A stretch of DNA of 54,466 nt, counting the filler, from Diploschistes diacapsis (Eukaryota): assembly GCA_023645945.1 (NCBI GenBank). It is 4 parts of 4 records of this genome, joined end to end, with 100 filler letters (N's around TTAATTAATTAA, not from the genome) between each part and the next. Parts side by side here need not be neighbours in the genome. Positions count along the whole stretch, not along the records: positions 27,301 to 40,834 come from JALAIB010000649.1; 3 more parts are not named here. The stretch is one strand, 5' to 3'. Under the pieces are notes generated by a model, which had not been told where the DNA came from, ran no database searches, and worked only from the letters and a program-made list of their open reading frames with translations. Below, one piece after another: positions 27,301 through 40,934 of the stretch (its first letter is position 1; every line of letters begins with the position of its first letter). A program made the translations under genes and the position numbers.

Positions 27301-28199
27301 CTCCACGGGCTCTCACCCGCTCCCTACCACCAGCTCCTCGTCCCCTTCTGCAGCCTCCCGGCGCCGCACCTGCACCAAAGCAGACCTCATCTACTGGCTC
27401 CGCCGACCCTTCCCCCGTAACCCCCCCTCGCCCGGGATCTCCACCCTGCAGGCCCTCCGCATAGGCACCAATAATTGACCTCGGCTCCTCCCTCGAGGTC
27501 CGCGCCAGCCCCTACGACGACACATCCCCGGCAGGACGCGGGGGGCTCTGGGTGCCCGTGCACGCCGGACAAGGACGACTCGCCCCCACCGCGCTGGCCC
27601 AATCGAATCACAAAATGGCCGGGTTCTTGAGGTGACCAACACGATATCGAATATTTAGAATATTTTAGAAGATTCGGTTTATTAAATTTCCTGAAGGCAA
27701 TCTGCAAAGCAAAATTTTATTTTAGATTAATTATTACTAATTATTATCAGCGTTAAATGTGTCTTTAGAAGGCTTTTTATTTCTCATTGTTCATAGTTCT
27801 TAATAGCAACAATAGCAACAATAGTCAGCTAAATAGGTTAAGCAGACGAGGAATAGCTTCCTAGTTAGAAATAGCTCGGAATATATCTTAGCCACTATAT
27901 TAGGAACCTGCGTATTATCCACCTACTTTTAAGGAACGTGTTAAAAATGCCCTTCGAAAACCCCTTGCTTATGTGGCTTCGCACTAATTGGCGCCAACCT
28001 ATGTGCTGGGGGGCACTTTGTACTATTCTTCTTTGAAGAGATATGCTTAAGGGAGGGTTTTTGTCAAGTGGCTAAAACCAACAATTACCGAAGCTTCTTG
28101 CATGATGTTATGAAGGGGTAATATTTGGCTTAATTTTCATATACCTACCAGCGGCAAACCCCCTCGAGCAAGTGTATAACCACCCAATTAACCAGCATC

Positions 28200-30203
28200 A
28201 TGGATGGCTGTGAACCTCACCTCATCCAGAAACCATTATATGGTCTGTTTTTACCTCCACAAACATCTCTGCCTTCAATTAATTTTTGAGCAGTGTACGA
28301 TCTACCCGAAGAAATTTTGCTATCGTTACTGCCGCGAAGCCAACCATTGCTTGATTCTGCCCTTGGTCAGCAACCTGACCTTCAAAAGGACGGGCAGCAG
28401 AACGCCGATTCGGACTTAGGGGTTGGGAAGACTGCAGCATCATGCAATCTTTGTCGTGCTGCTTTCACCAACTTTACTGACCAGCGCGAGCACATGCGCT
28501 CAGATTGGCATCGCTACAACCTTAAGCGAAAGGTGAGCGGTTCGCATCCGCTCAGCGAAGGACATTTCGAGCGCCTGCTTGAAGAATCGGACATTAGCAT
28601 ATCAGCCTCCGAGGGTTCTAGTTCAGAAGAAGAGGACCTCGCAGCTGCACGTAAAAATAGCGGCTTCTCTAACTTGTTCAAGCGGCGTGCTCTCTCCAAT
28701 AGTTCTGCAGTTAGTGGCAGCGACATCGCAGCATCGGTGAGACCACAAGGGGGCGCACCGCTCCTATGGTTTTCTAGCCCGTTGCTACAGCCGCAGATGT
28801 CGCTAGGTTTCTATAAGGCCTTGTTCACTCGAGACGAACTTGATAACAATGTGTCAGCAGATACGATACGGAAGAAGCAAGTCAGATCCGTGCCCATTAG
28901 AGGCGGTGGTAAGGGTAGTAGAAACACGACGGAGCTGTCCCGAACCGCTGCCAGTCCTAATATCTTCCTCTGTATGATAGGAGGTGGACATTTTGCGGGA
29001 ATGATTGTGTCGCTGGCTCAAAACATAGTCAACAATGCATCCGGATTGCAAGCGCGTCAACCTGCAGTGATCTTGCATAAGACTTTCCATCGATACACGA
29101 CACGTCGAAAACAAGGTGGCGCGCAATCAGCGAATGATTCATCAAAAGGAAACGCGCATTCGGCTGGTGCCAGTATCAGACGGTACAATGAGGCCGCCCT
29201 TGAATCCGAAGTGAGGGGATTGTTAGCAGAGTGGAAGCCATTGATTCAAGAATGCGAGCTTCTTTTCGTGCGAGCTACAGGTAATTCAAACAGGAAAATT
29301 CTTTTTGGACCCTACGATGGGCAAGTTCTGCGGTATAACGACACTAGAATCCGCTCATTTCCATTCAGCACTAGGCGCGCGACTCAATCAGAATTGATGC
29401 GGGCCTTCGTTGAACTCACAAGAGTCAAAATTAGCGAGAAGGCTGATCTGCCGCCCCAGAAAGTGGAGGAAGCGTCAAACGAGAGGTCGTTGCTAAAGAC
29501 AGCTCGGAACGAGCAGCTTGTACCGCTGAAACCCGAGCGACCAAAAGAAGAAGAGGAAGCAGCGTTTCACACATCCCAGCTTCAAGCTTTGATTCGGAGG
29601 TCAAAAGCCCCGGCACTCATGTCTTATCTTGAATCGAATTCACTTTCACCCAACTTTGCTTTCTTTCCACCGGCTAGTCGTGCACACCATCATTCACCCA
29701 CTCTACTGCATCTAGCCGCTAGCATTAACTCTGACGCAGTGGTTTTGGCCCTGCTCACAAAAGCCGGTGCCGATCCTACTTTGGTGAACGGAGAGAATAA
29801 GGTTCCATTTGAACTGTCAGGGGAGAGACACACGCGAGATGCTTTTAGAATTGCCCGTTCAGAGCTAGGCGAGAATGTGTGGGATTGGCAAAAAGCACAA
29901 TGTCCGCCACCACTGACGAAAGCAGAAGTTGAGAGAAAATATCAGATAGAGAAGGCCAAAAGCCAGAAGACTGAAGAGGCGCGGAGAAAGGTAGAGATGG
30001 CTCGATTGGAACAGTCCCAACAGGTTGATAAGGTGGCTCGTGGGTCAGAATTGGTCCAAACTTTGAAGGCCCAGGGAATGACGGCCGAGGCTCGTAGGGA
30101 ATTGGAAGGCAGAGGGTTGACGCCCGAGATGAGAGCAACACTAGAGAGGGAGCGACGGGCACGAGCGGCAGAGGAGCGGATGAAGCGCATAGCCGGGGGT
30201 TGA
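28200..30203 (+). CDS. vms1: Vms1/ANKZF1 tRNA endonuclease (ribosome quality control): C2H2 finger, VLRF1 domain, ankyrin; intron 28243-28293
   Basis: MDGCEPHLIQKPLY|VYDLPEE, C..C...QREHMRSDWHRYNLKRK, MIGGGHFAG, HKTFHRYTTRRKQGGAQSAND..GNAHSAGASIRRYNE, PFSTRRAT, LLHLAA..GADPT, RERRARAAEER. Confidence 0.95.
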
Positions 30204-30399
30204 AGTATTGCAGTGTGCAGATGATCCCAGCCTGGTGGAAGTCTCAACTTAGCTCGGCCTGTCCTAGCTGCGAGAGGTTATCCATTATGCAATCCTAAGA
30301 GACATAAGATGCAGGCCAGCACCTCTCCGTCAATCTGATATGGTTGCCTTTATAATAAGCAATGGATCTCTTTGTGCCATGGCTGCCTTACGCTTCATG

Positions 30400-31026
30400 T
30401 CAAGCGTCGTTCTGATTGCTACTCTCGTCCATCTCATCGAGCTCTGCTGCGAGTGGGCTTATACGAACTTCAAGCTGGTCAAGATCTTCCAGGACTGCCC
30501 TCTGAGGAAGCTTTCGTAAACTGGTACCACAAACTCGATCTTTTGTCAAAAGGTCATCCACAAATTGGTCCATGTATGTTAAGACATAACCTCCGTCCTT
30601 AGTCCTCCTTTTGAGCTTCCGGTAGTCACTAAGCAGCGGCTCCAAAGTTCTGAACACATCCACTGAATCGAAGGTGAGCCTCACGTAAAAGGCTGCCAGG
30701 GCGCTTAAGTACTTGAAGTGGCTTTGGTGCAGGTACTCCAGAACGATCTCTCGATCTGGGAGAAGTTGCAGGAGCTTGAGTGTAAGACATAGGAAGGGTG
30801 TGGGCTTCTGCATTCCATAAGTTCCCCCAATGAAGGACATGTCCACGGCTCGATCACACAACGTAGCCTCATTAATAGCAAAGCATTGCTCCTTCCAGTA
30901 GTAAGACTCTGTAATGCGGTCTCGGACAGCCTTTTCAAGGAGATTTGCAGGGTTGGTGTTGTGGATCGTTTGACCACTATAGCCTCGATCGTCGAGCAAG
31001 CGGCGAGCATCGACCTGATGTGACAT
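30400..31026 (-). CDS. prp38: Pre-mRNA splicing factor Prp38, single exon
   Basis: NPANLLEKAVRDRITESYYWKEQCFAINEATLCDRA, GGTYG.QKPTPFLCL.LKLLQL.P, FKYL.ALAAFY.RL, LEPLL.DYRKLKRR, MDQFVDDLL.KDRVC. Confidence 0.95.
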   Translation of the reverse strand: MSHQVDARRLLDDRGYSGQTIHNTNPANLLEKAVRDRITESYYWKEQCFAINEATLCDRAVDMSFIGGTYGMQKPTPFLCLTLKLLQLLPDREIVLEYLHQSHFKYLSALAAFYVRLTFDSVDVFRTLEPLLSDYRKLKRRTKDGGYVLTYMDQFVDDLLTKDRVCGTSLRKLPQRAVLEDLDQLEVRISPLAAELDEMDESSNQNDA

Positions 31027-31296
31027 TTTGCCAACTTGTTTTGGAAGTTATCACTCCATACTCATAAAAAGACCAAATCAATACTCGGCTAACAGACCAA
31101 TCATATTGTCCAGTATTATGGATTGTTGTCGCCAAGCATTGATGTTTATTTGAATTCGGCTAAAGTATCCTTCGACATGTTTAGAGCTTCTTTCCTGGCT
31201 TCGATCGAAAACTCGCACCTTAACATTGCCAAAGAGAAATACTTGGGCTAATTTCTTGAAGTCTTCACGTTATTGCTGAATTAGGAGAGTGTAATC

Positions 31297-32388
31297 ATGC
31301 TTCTGACAAGTGGACAGATATCAATGGGCATCTCGTCGGCGATAGGTGCGAAAGTAACGAGCGCCATTTCCAAATCATCTTCTAATCAAGGCCTAGTCTT
31401 TGTATTTTCGACAATTTTATTCTTCTCCGGCTATGTACTCCAACAAAGAACTGTCAAAGACATCAAAGCCATCATGCATCCGCCACCCGAACCTACGGCT
31501 GTCTCCCTGAACGTCCAGGAAACAGCAGCTGCAGTAGACGATATGCGATGGGATGAAGTTGCTCACGTACAATTACTGCAGCGCTATGAGGACGCATGCA
31601 CGGTCACCATTGTCTTTGCTGGGTTGGCGCGCCAGAAGAGTTCCGCGAAGTGTATACTGTTGTATCCACAAGAGTGGGACCGGGAGATTAGGAGTGGGCA
31701 GAGCCAAGACCGATCAAAAGAAAGAAGCATCAGGCTCCTAAGAAGAGCAAAGACTCGCTATGGTGTGTCGCTCCGGCCAGCCGATATAATGCCTCAGAGG
31801 GACGGAGCCGAAGCAAAGCCTCATCCACTGGCAACGATCTTCTCGCTCACGGAGTTCAAAACGATCCTCTACTTGCCGCCTAGTGGCTTTGTCGCCAATG
31901 CTCAAGCGTTGGATAAATTGCTCAGCGCACCAAGCAATTCTACTATCCTGCATTTCGTTGGCGCTGAACCGGACGCCAACGAACCTTTGGCGTTCCTAGT
32001 AAGCCCTACGAGAGAAGCTCATTATCTAGCCAGGAAGAACTCATTGTCATCCATGTCCATGAAGCAGCTAGCAGAAGCCTTTCAAGCCGTCAAGGTTTCA
32101 ACCGGTTCCCTTCTTGCGACATCAAGTCTCAGATCGCAAGAGTATGCGGGAAGTAATTTGAGGACGGAGGAGGTCCTGAGCTCGACTGCGTACGTCAAGT
32201 TTGCCGACCCCGAAATCCTGGGGCCCCAGTTCGACATCCCTCGTCAAATATGGCTGGGTGCTCAACCCAGTACCAGAAGCGCACAGAGGATATGGGAGGA
32301 TCTATACGAAGAGTATCGCGGGCAGAGGATGGGTGTTTGTGGACTGGATTTGGAACCCTTGCCAGCTTTTGGAACACGATGGACTTGA
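31297..32388 (+). CDS. Conserved fungal type II membrane protein, nucleotide-diphospho-sugar transferase (GT8/Gnt1-like) fold, catalytic motif degenerate; probable intron 31346-31396
   Basis: Open 363-aa frame with MLLTSGQIS...LFFSGYVLQQRTV N-terminus, LLYPQEWD, SLTEFKTILYL, AYVKFADPEILGPQ and CGLDLEP C-terminus. Confidence 0.7.
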   Translation: MLLTSGQISMGISSAIGAKVTSAISKSSSNQGLVFVFSTILFFSGYVLQQRTVKDIKAIMHPPPEPTAVSLNVQETAAAVDDMRWDEVAHVQLLQRYEDACTVTIVFAGLARQKSSAKCILLYPQEWDREIRSGQSQDRSKERSIRLLRRAKTRYGVSLRPADIMPQRDGAEAKPHPLATIFSLTEFKTILYLPPSGFVANAQALDKLLSAPSNSTILHFVGAEPDANEPLAFLVSPTREAHYLARKNSLSSMSMKQLAEAFQAVKVSTGSLLATSSLRSQEYAGSNLRTEEVLSSTAYVKFADPEILGPQFDIPRQIWLGAQPSTRSAQRIWEDLYEEYRGQRMGVCGLDLEPLPAFGTRWT

Positions 32389-33496
32389 GTAGCAAAACTT
32401 TCCCAAAGAGAATGAAAGTCGTCATCAACGGCAGGCCGAGTGAGCCAGCCCTGGGTTAGTGAAAGGACTCGGTGAAGTATAGAACTTCGACGACAGCTTT
32501 TGACCTACTATACGGTAAGCTACTTGCTCCAGTCGCCTTCGGGAACTCTCAGGTTAAATTCTGAAGGCAAAGCAGAGAGCCTGGTTTGAATAGGAATTGC
32601 CTAGCGACAGACAGGCGACCCCGAATGGAAAACTGAAGGTATATGCCTGGTGGTATGGACACAGAGCACCTCAAGGCTTACTACTATGCCAATTACACAA
32701 ATGGGCACACTTGTGCAGGTAGGTATCCGCCATCCAGAATCTGCGGAGGTAGTGCCTGGTGGTTGCTCCTCCGGTTTGGGCGTGGTGTTCTAAATAGCCA
32801 GACCAAAGATATGTGAACACACAGACTAGCCGAATATGGACTACAGATTACAGACACACCCTGATCGGTGTAATACTGACAGACTAACAGGTGGAGCTCG
32901 AAGTAACACTTCGGTAGCACTAGTACGGTGCTTTGGCTTCTTTACGTACTCTGTACTTTGTATTTGTAGCACTTTGTTGAGCAGAATAATATCACTGCTG
33001 ATGAACATGTGTGGTTTCCTTCCTCTAAGGCTCTAAACCGACTCGGAAGCCGCAACCGGAAGTACTACTACTAGTTCGACTCGGAAAGGGCCAGATAGCG
33101 TACTCGTATTTGTATGAAGGGAAACCGGTTACGGCCTGTTTACTCGACCTTCCGTAATACTTATCCTCTAGCAGCGAATAGTAGAGCAGCTTACTGCATA
33201 CCCCTTCAATCAGTCACTAACGGGACCCTTGGTGGTACCTCCGTAATGCGTGAGTAAATACTAAGTAGCAATGGGGCTTTTCCCCTAGCGGCACCTCTAA
33301 GTTACTCCACAACAATTATGTATTTTTGCGCTGACCAACATTAACCTCTCCTAGCCTCCTAAGATTGCCTTACAAAGCCAGTTCCTACTTTCTATTGCAT
33401 ATGCAAATTGTAGGGACATATACTTTCCAAGCCGCAAAGGGTCAACACCCACTCTTCGCAATTCGCTCTAGGACAACACATCGTTAGCTCGCCATC

Positions 33497-34754
<1,258 letters not shown>

Positions 34755-35593
34755 CTCGTGCCAAAGCTGGAAAGCTGGGCCGGTACCTTGGTTTGTCAAG
34801 TCCGGCAGGCCCCTCATCCACGGAGACGTATTCTTGGCGGAGTGCTTGACCTCGATGCCCTGCAACGCCATCCCCCAGCGGAAAGATACTGGTCGGGAAG
34901 CGGGCCTGTAGAAAGCTGAAAGATGCTGCTTCTGGATTAGGCGTGGGAGGTTATTTCACGTGGTGAACTTGCACATAAAGCACCATAGAAATTGCGAACA
35001 GAGCGAGCAGAGCGAGCTATGCAAATGATTGAACTTTCAACTTCAAAGGCGGTCAATGTTTCAAATAGAGCTGAAAAGGAAATACTTTCTCTTTCGGTTT
35101 CATTAATACGTACAGTATATTCCCATGGTCCTGTGTCGCTTCCGAGTAGGGCAGCTTGAACACCAAATGCTCTGCCAACGCCGTACAAAACTCCCGCGAC
35201 CTGTGATTCCCAAGGTATCATAAAGTAAAGATCACCCGCAGATTCGCCAAAGTGCAAAGCGCCAGCTCGTGGCTGGCTGGCTGGCTGGCTGCATATTCGT
35301 GAAAGACGAAAGGGATCCGCGAAGGGAGAGGCCGCGCAACGTCGCTCATGCGCTGCACTCGCTCCACAGTGTCGAGGAGAGCATTGCAGAGCACGCTGCG
35401 TAGTCGCGGGCATCGTCCGGTGAAGGGACAAAGATCCTATCGATGCTCCAGACGAGGTTGCTTAGAGTATCCCATCAGACACGGTCGGGCAAAAGCGCTG
35501 TACAAGCGTGCGTCCCTCTCTCCTCCATTAAAACCCTCTTCAGAACCGCCTCGAGCTATGAGCAGAGGAATCGGGAGCCGCCGTTGCGGTCGA

Positions 35594-36737
35594 TCATAGA
35601 AGAATCAGGTAATTCGAAGGAGCTATCCCGGTCTCGCCGTTTTCTTTCTTGGCCTGCCACCACCTGCCGCTCACGTCCGACACTTCCAGAACCTCGTGCT
35701 TTGTGAAACTTATTTCGTTTGCGTCGTCGGGATTTGCTTCGTAGGAATAAATGGCTTTCGCTCGATACGGATATTCGGCCGGAGCAGCAGCGTCTCCTAG
35801 CTGGGTCTCACCGCCCGGCGGTTGGGCGGTTGTGGGCGATCTCGCGGGAGAGGTACCTTGGAATCTCGGTTGCGACGCATTGCGATCCTGCGCACCGATG
35901 GCACCGCCAGGGTAGCCGGAAACCGGGGAAGAGGTCTCGAAGCCATTCAATTGAGCCGAAGTGTAAAGGTTTTGCGGTTGGTGGCCGGATGCCGTGGTTT
36001 GAGGCCGGTCGAAGTTGTTCGTGCTCATTGGTCGGCTCTGTCTCGTCGAGGTTCTCTGGTCCTTGAAGGCTAGTGAATCAAGGTAGCGACGATGATCCGC
36101 CTGGTTGGTCGAGCCAAAGTAGAAGATCCAGACAAACTATGCAACTGTCAGTTCTGGACGTGGGCATCGTTTGCGAAGGCCTACGATGACGATCGATAGC
36201 AATATAAAGCCAACCGCGGTCGCCTCCTGCTCTCCCGTGGAAGTGTACACCAAGCTATTGATACTGAGGGTGGCAAAGCCTGCTCCAACCGCCAAAAATC
36301 CGACGACCTAATTATGCTGGTCAATAACTGCCACACATCGACCGCATCAGGTGATAGGCTTACCGCCACCTGGTAAATCTCCTTGGTATCCGATATTAGG
36401 ACCAGAGCAACCCCCACGATGCTGACGAATTCGTACGCGATAACCCACCAGATGAACTTGTTCAAGCCGTCTTTGATCGTACTTATGACGGCCGCAACGA
36501 GGATGATTATCCAGCCCAGCTAGACATCAGTCGCAATCAGACGCGTGTCCGTAAATGAGGGATTCTTGAGGCACCCACCACTGCTATCGAGACTGTCGCA
36601 AGCGCAAATGGGTCTCCTATCAAATGACCTTGATGAAGTTAGATATCGCTGAGTGAGATGGGGACACAGCGGACCATACCTATGCTGAAGGTCGGTGCAC
36701 CCCTTCTCCTCATGCTGGCGCCGTAAGGGGCATTCAT
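35594..36737 (-). CDS. sho1: High-osmolarity signalling protein Sho1 (4 TM + SH3); multi-exon
   Basis: [57 protein letters not shown]-terminal SH3 [54 protein letters not shown]. Confidence 0.95.
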
Positions 36738-37668
36738 TTTCTGGAGTGAGGGCGTCCTGAGACTGCCCTGTGATTGCATGAAGCAATGGGGCCAAGGAAG
36801 CGGGCGACTGCTCTGGTCGCTCGACGAATTGACACCGGCACTGGAGCTTAATGAGGCAACCGAAGGATGTTAAAAATATGGTGAAAGATGCCAACCGGAC
36901 GAAATGGGGTGAATTGTTCTGGGACGAGTCGTCGGTTGAAGTGGGGTGAATGGAATCAAGGCGAAGAAGATTGGGGAGGCAAGAAATGAAAGGAGGGTGG
37001 AGAAAGGAGCGTAAAGTTGGGAAGCAAAGTCTGCAAGCGAATAATCAAAGAACAATAGAACAATAGAACAAGAAAGATACAGCTTTGGATGTCTGAAGTA
37101 CAGGCCCGATCGCAGCAAACTGCGCGAAGAAGGACGGCAAGAGGCGAGTTGTAGCTGAGACTGGCGAGAGTTGATTATTTTCTTTAGTTGTGGGAAGAGG
37201 GCGAAGAGAAAGTGTGGAGATGGGGAGTTGGAGAAGTCCAAGAATAGTAGCGATCGGGTGGAAGATGGGAAGAAGGGGGCAGGGTGGGAAAAGAATAGGA
37301 TTATGCGATTGGAAGAGAAAGAGAGAGAGAGGGAGAGAGACTAGATGGGGTAGGGTTAGTGACAGGAACAGGAACAGGAACTGGAGCTGGAACTGGAGCT
37401 GAAAGACTGGTAACTCGATTAATAAATAAATAGTAATCTACTACTATCTGCCAACTACTACTGTTTCTCGCAGGATAGGAGACAGTTAGAACTGAAAGTA
37501 TCCGTGTCAGTTATTGATAGCTATAATCTGTCAAAGTACCAAGGCATATTCAGGAACAACATTTTCTGAAGGTTCCGGGAGAGCTTCAAGTAGCTCAGGG
37601 CGATATCGGTGTGTCGTGCTTTGTTGGCCTGGAGCATTCCTGAAGCTCTTGTATGGGCACAAAGTGTA

Positions 37669-37882
37669 ACTTAATTGAGTTGAGGGGAAACGGGTCACCC
37701 CCAGGAAGCGGGTTACTCATTATAATGTAGATGCGCTAGATAGTTTTAAGCGAGCTTTTGAGCCCCACAACCACGCATAAAATTATTTGTACGAAAGGTG
37801 AAAATGTTAAGAAATACATTTTACGAAGGTGCAGGGATTGTGACCCGCTTCCTGGGGTGACCCGTTTCCTGGGGAAACACGT
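37669..37882. mobile_element. Short non-autonomous pogo/Fot1-type (Tc1-mariner superfamily) element, MITE-like
   Basis: Inverted repeats of ~30 bp: GGAAACGGGTCACCCCCAGGAAGCGGGTTA (37686-37715) and TGACCCGCTTCCTGGGGTGACCCGTTTCC (37841-37869). The right end reads TA-ACGTGTTTCCCCAGGAAACGGGTCACCCCAGGAAGCGGGTCA on the minus strand, i.e. an ACGT terminus with internal direct repeats. The left boundary is approximate. Confidence 0.65.
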
Positions 37883-37955
37883 TAATAATTGATAATAATT
37901 GATAATAATTGATAATAATTGATAATAATTGATGATAATAATGATAAATAATAAC
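37883..37955. repeat. AT-rich 10-bp tandem repeat (GATAATAATT)n, about 5 copies then decaying
   Basis: Read directly, immediately after the TA at the MITE right end. Confidence 0.9.
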
Positions 37956-38184
37956 AGGCTGTGACCTTCACGTGCCTTTTCCATTAAACCGCTCATCTTG
38001 AAACTTGATCCGTTTCACGCATCGACACCCTGCCACAAAACGTGCATGTATACGTACGTACCTTGAGCGTCACAACCCCAACCCCAAAAACTATCTCAAT
38101 AATTCATCATCAACAACAAGTGTTCAAGGCAAACACCGTGGACTCTCGCAGAGCCGTCAAGAAGCGTCTGTCTAACATTGCGCG

Positions 38185-39385
38185 ATGGCTCCCAAGATCT
38201 TCATGTATATGCTGAGATGCCAGTACGCACGTCTTCGCTAAAGCTGAGACCGTTGGCAGCACCGGCTCCACGGGCTACATAGGTGGCGATGCCTTCTTTG
38301 CTATCGCAACAGCCCATCAGGATTACGAGATAACCTGTCTGGTGCGTAATACCGACAAAGCTGCCAGCATCGCCGCCGTCTTCCCGAAGGTCCGTTTCGT
38401 CTATGGCGATCTCGAGAAGACCGCGCTTGTGCAGCAAGAGAGCGAGAAGGCCGATATAGTCTTGAGTACAGCGAAGCTCCCTTTTCCTTGCATCACACGC
38501 CCATAATTAGTAGCGATGGCTTTTGACAGCTCGAAAAAGTTTGCTGATATCGCTCCAGGCTGCGCCAGCGCCGATCATCCTTCGAGCATCCAAGCCATGA
38601 TCCGGGGGCTTGCTACCCGCTCCCCTACGCCCGGCTTCCTCGTCCATACATCAGGCACCGGCATCCTCATGTATGAGGATATTGTCGCCAATAGGAGGGG
38701 TACGCGCCTGTCCGACAAGGTCTACGATGACTGGGACGCCGTTGCCGAAGTCACCTCCCTTCCGGATGAGGCTCCCCATCGGAAGGTCGACAGGATCGCC
38801 CTGGCGGCCGACGAGCAGGGCGTCAAGGTAGCCGTGGTCTGTCCTCCCACCATCTACGGCGCCTGTCGGGGCCCAGCAGGTGCACGTGGACACCAGGTCT
38901 ACGAGCTCGCACGTGTAACTATGCAACACGGTCACGGAGTCCGTGTCAACGAGGGTCTTGCCTATTGGACCAACGTACATGTTCACGACCTAAGCGATGT
39001 CTACCTTCGATTAATCGAGGAGGCCGTCAAGGGTGGAGGAGCGGCGACATGGGGTCCGCAAGGGTACTACTTTACCGAACATGGCGAACATGTTTGGGGA
39101 GATGTAGCTGCTTCGGTCGCTGAAGAAACGGCCAAGCAAGGCTTCATTCACGAGGCAAAGGTCGTGAGCGTGAACCCGGAAGAAGCGGATAGGCTTACCC
39201 CGTACGGATCCTTTCTCTGGGGTGGAAACTCCAGGGGAAAAGCGATCCGGGCGCGGAAAGTGCTGGGCTGGCGGCCACACAGGCAGGGCATGATGGACAG
39301 CTTACCGGAGATCGTGAAGGAGGAAGCCGAGCGGCTTGGCCTCGTCCAACACCATGCGCAGGTCGCTGCAGTAGGGGCTAGCTGA
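38185..39385 (+). CDS. NAD(P)-dependent epimerase/dehydratase (extended/atypical SDR); introns near 38205-38259 and after KADIVL
   Basis: MAPKIF|TGSTGYIGGD Rossmann motif, LVRN, VYGDL, VHTSGTGIL, PHRKVD, VCPPTIYG, WTNVHVHDL, WGPQGYYF, WGGNSR..A.RARKVLGW.P. Confidence 0.9.
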
Positions 39386-39517
39386 GCGTCCACCAGAAAT
39401 TGGTATTCTCGCCAAAAAGGCGTTCAAGTCCCAGTGGTCTAAATGGTAGCGCTACAGTAGGAACATCGCGAAACAACTTAGATCTTCCTGCTACTGAATC
39501 GCTGCAATGTCGCTCCG

Positions 39518-40786
39518 TCACCAGTTCTCGTCCCCCCAGTCTTCTTTCCCCTCTCCCCCACCACCGCTCGACTTCACTGCCGAGGTGCCGATCGAACTCC
39601 CCTTCTTGCCATCCGGTGGTGCCATCCCTGCTAGCAACGAACTCCCCGCCGGTCCCGAAGCCGTACCGCCGAAGCTGTCCCAGAAGTCTCTTCGTTCCGG
39701 TTCTCCCGCGGCCTTGGTCCCGGCGCCACCCTCCGATCCTTGGACGAATCTCTGAAACGAGGTGTTCAGCGAGCCCGCAGCGGTCTTGGTCCCCTTCTGC
39801 ACGTTCTGCGCAACGCTTGCTGCCGTTACCCGCGCCTGTGCCGCCAGATCGGTTTCCGAGATCTGCTCAGGGAATCAGCAAAACACGTCGTCATCGTCGC
39901 CACCGCAGCAGCAGGTCCCCTTCCCCATTGTTCATCAAAAACGCAGCGATTATTAAACCAGTCTACCCACCTTCTGCACCCCCGGCTGTATCCACCCGTC
40001 GTTGACCGTCTTCGCGCCCTTGCCAACAGTGCTCGTAAACCACCCGAGCCCCTTCGACAGCGCCGCCATCGGGTCCTTCTGAAACTCGTCCACGCCAGGT
40101 ATCTCCTGTCCACCGATCCCCCTGCCCGAGCCCTCGGGAACGAAGCCGCTGCCGAAACCTGCATACTTCCCGCCCTGGTTCGGCGGCACGTCTTCCGGCC
40201 GGCCCGCGTTCTCCGACCCCATCCTCGCAAAGTAGGACTCGTTACGCTCCTTCCGCGACCCGCCCAGCGCCGGGCTCGCCGATCGGCCTGACGTGGGACT
40301 CGCCCTCCCGCCCAACGGCGTGCTCGCCCCGGACGACCCCGCCACTCCGCCGGCGGCAGCAGCAGCAGCAGCAGCCGCAGCGGCTGGCACCCTGCGCTCC
40401 TTCTTCGGCAGCGGCACAAACTCCCTCCCCTCCACCTTGCACGCCAGACGCTCCTTGTACTCCTCCCCCACGGGTCCATCGTATCTCTCCGCCACTACCC
40501 CTTCCCACACGCCTTCCTCCCCGCGGCCGCCGCCGCCCTCGGGGTGGCTGTGCCAGAAGGCGCGCCAGGCCTCGTTGCCGCCGAGCTCCATGCGGCGCAC
40601 CTCCGAGACCTTGAACGAGTCCATCATGACGCTGCGCACGAAGGAGACGTGCACGCCCAGGCCGCGGTGCGTGCCGGCGCAGTCGAGGCAGATGAACGTG
40701 CCGAACTTGGGCGAGGCCCACTGCGGGGAAGGGGAGGAGCAGTCGGCGCAGACGGCGTTGGCGGGCGCCTTTTGGAGGGCGAGGAG
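39518..40786 (-). CDS. gcs1: ADP-ribosylation factor GTPase-activating protein Gcs1/ArfGAP1, first exon lost at the contig end; intron ~39803-39967
   Basis: ANAVCADCSSPSPQWASPKFGTFICLDCAGTHRGLGVHVSFVRSVMMD, MELGGN, NESYFARMGSENAGRPEDVPPNQGGKYAGFGS, DPMAALSKGLGWF, DFWDSFG, DWGDENW*. Confidence 0.92.
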
Positions 40787-40834
40787 CTAGACGGGCCGAG
40801 GATTCAGTTTCGTGTCTCACGGAGGGAGGGAGGG

Positions 40835-40934
40835 NNNNNNNNNNNNNNNNNNNNNNNNNNNNNNNNNNNNNNNNNNNNTTAATTAATTAANNNNNNNNNN
40901 NNNNNNNNNNNNNNNNNNNNNNNNNNNNNNNNNN
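40835..40934. other. Artificial contig spacer N44-TTAATTAATTAA-N44
   Basis: Same 100-nt linker. Confidence 0.98.

Noticed and set aside
39400..40820. Several long overlapping ORFs on both strands over gcs1, and antisense ORFs over pms1 (53831-54437)
   Set aside because: Shadow ORFs caused by high GC and codon bias in real genes; no protein motifs.
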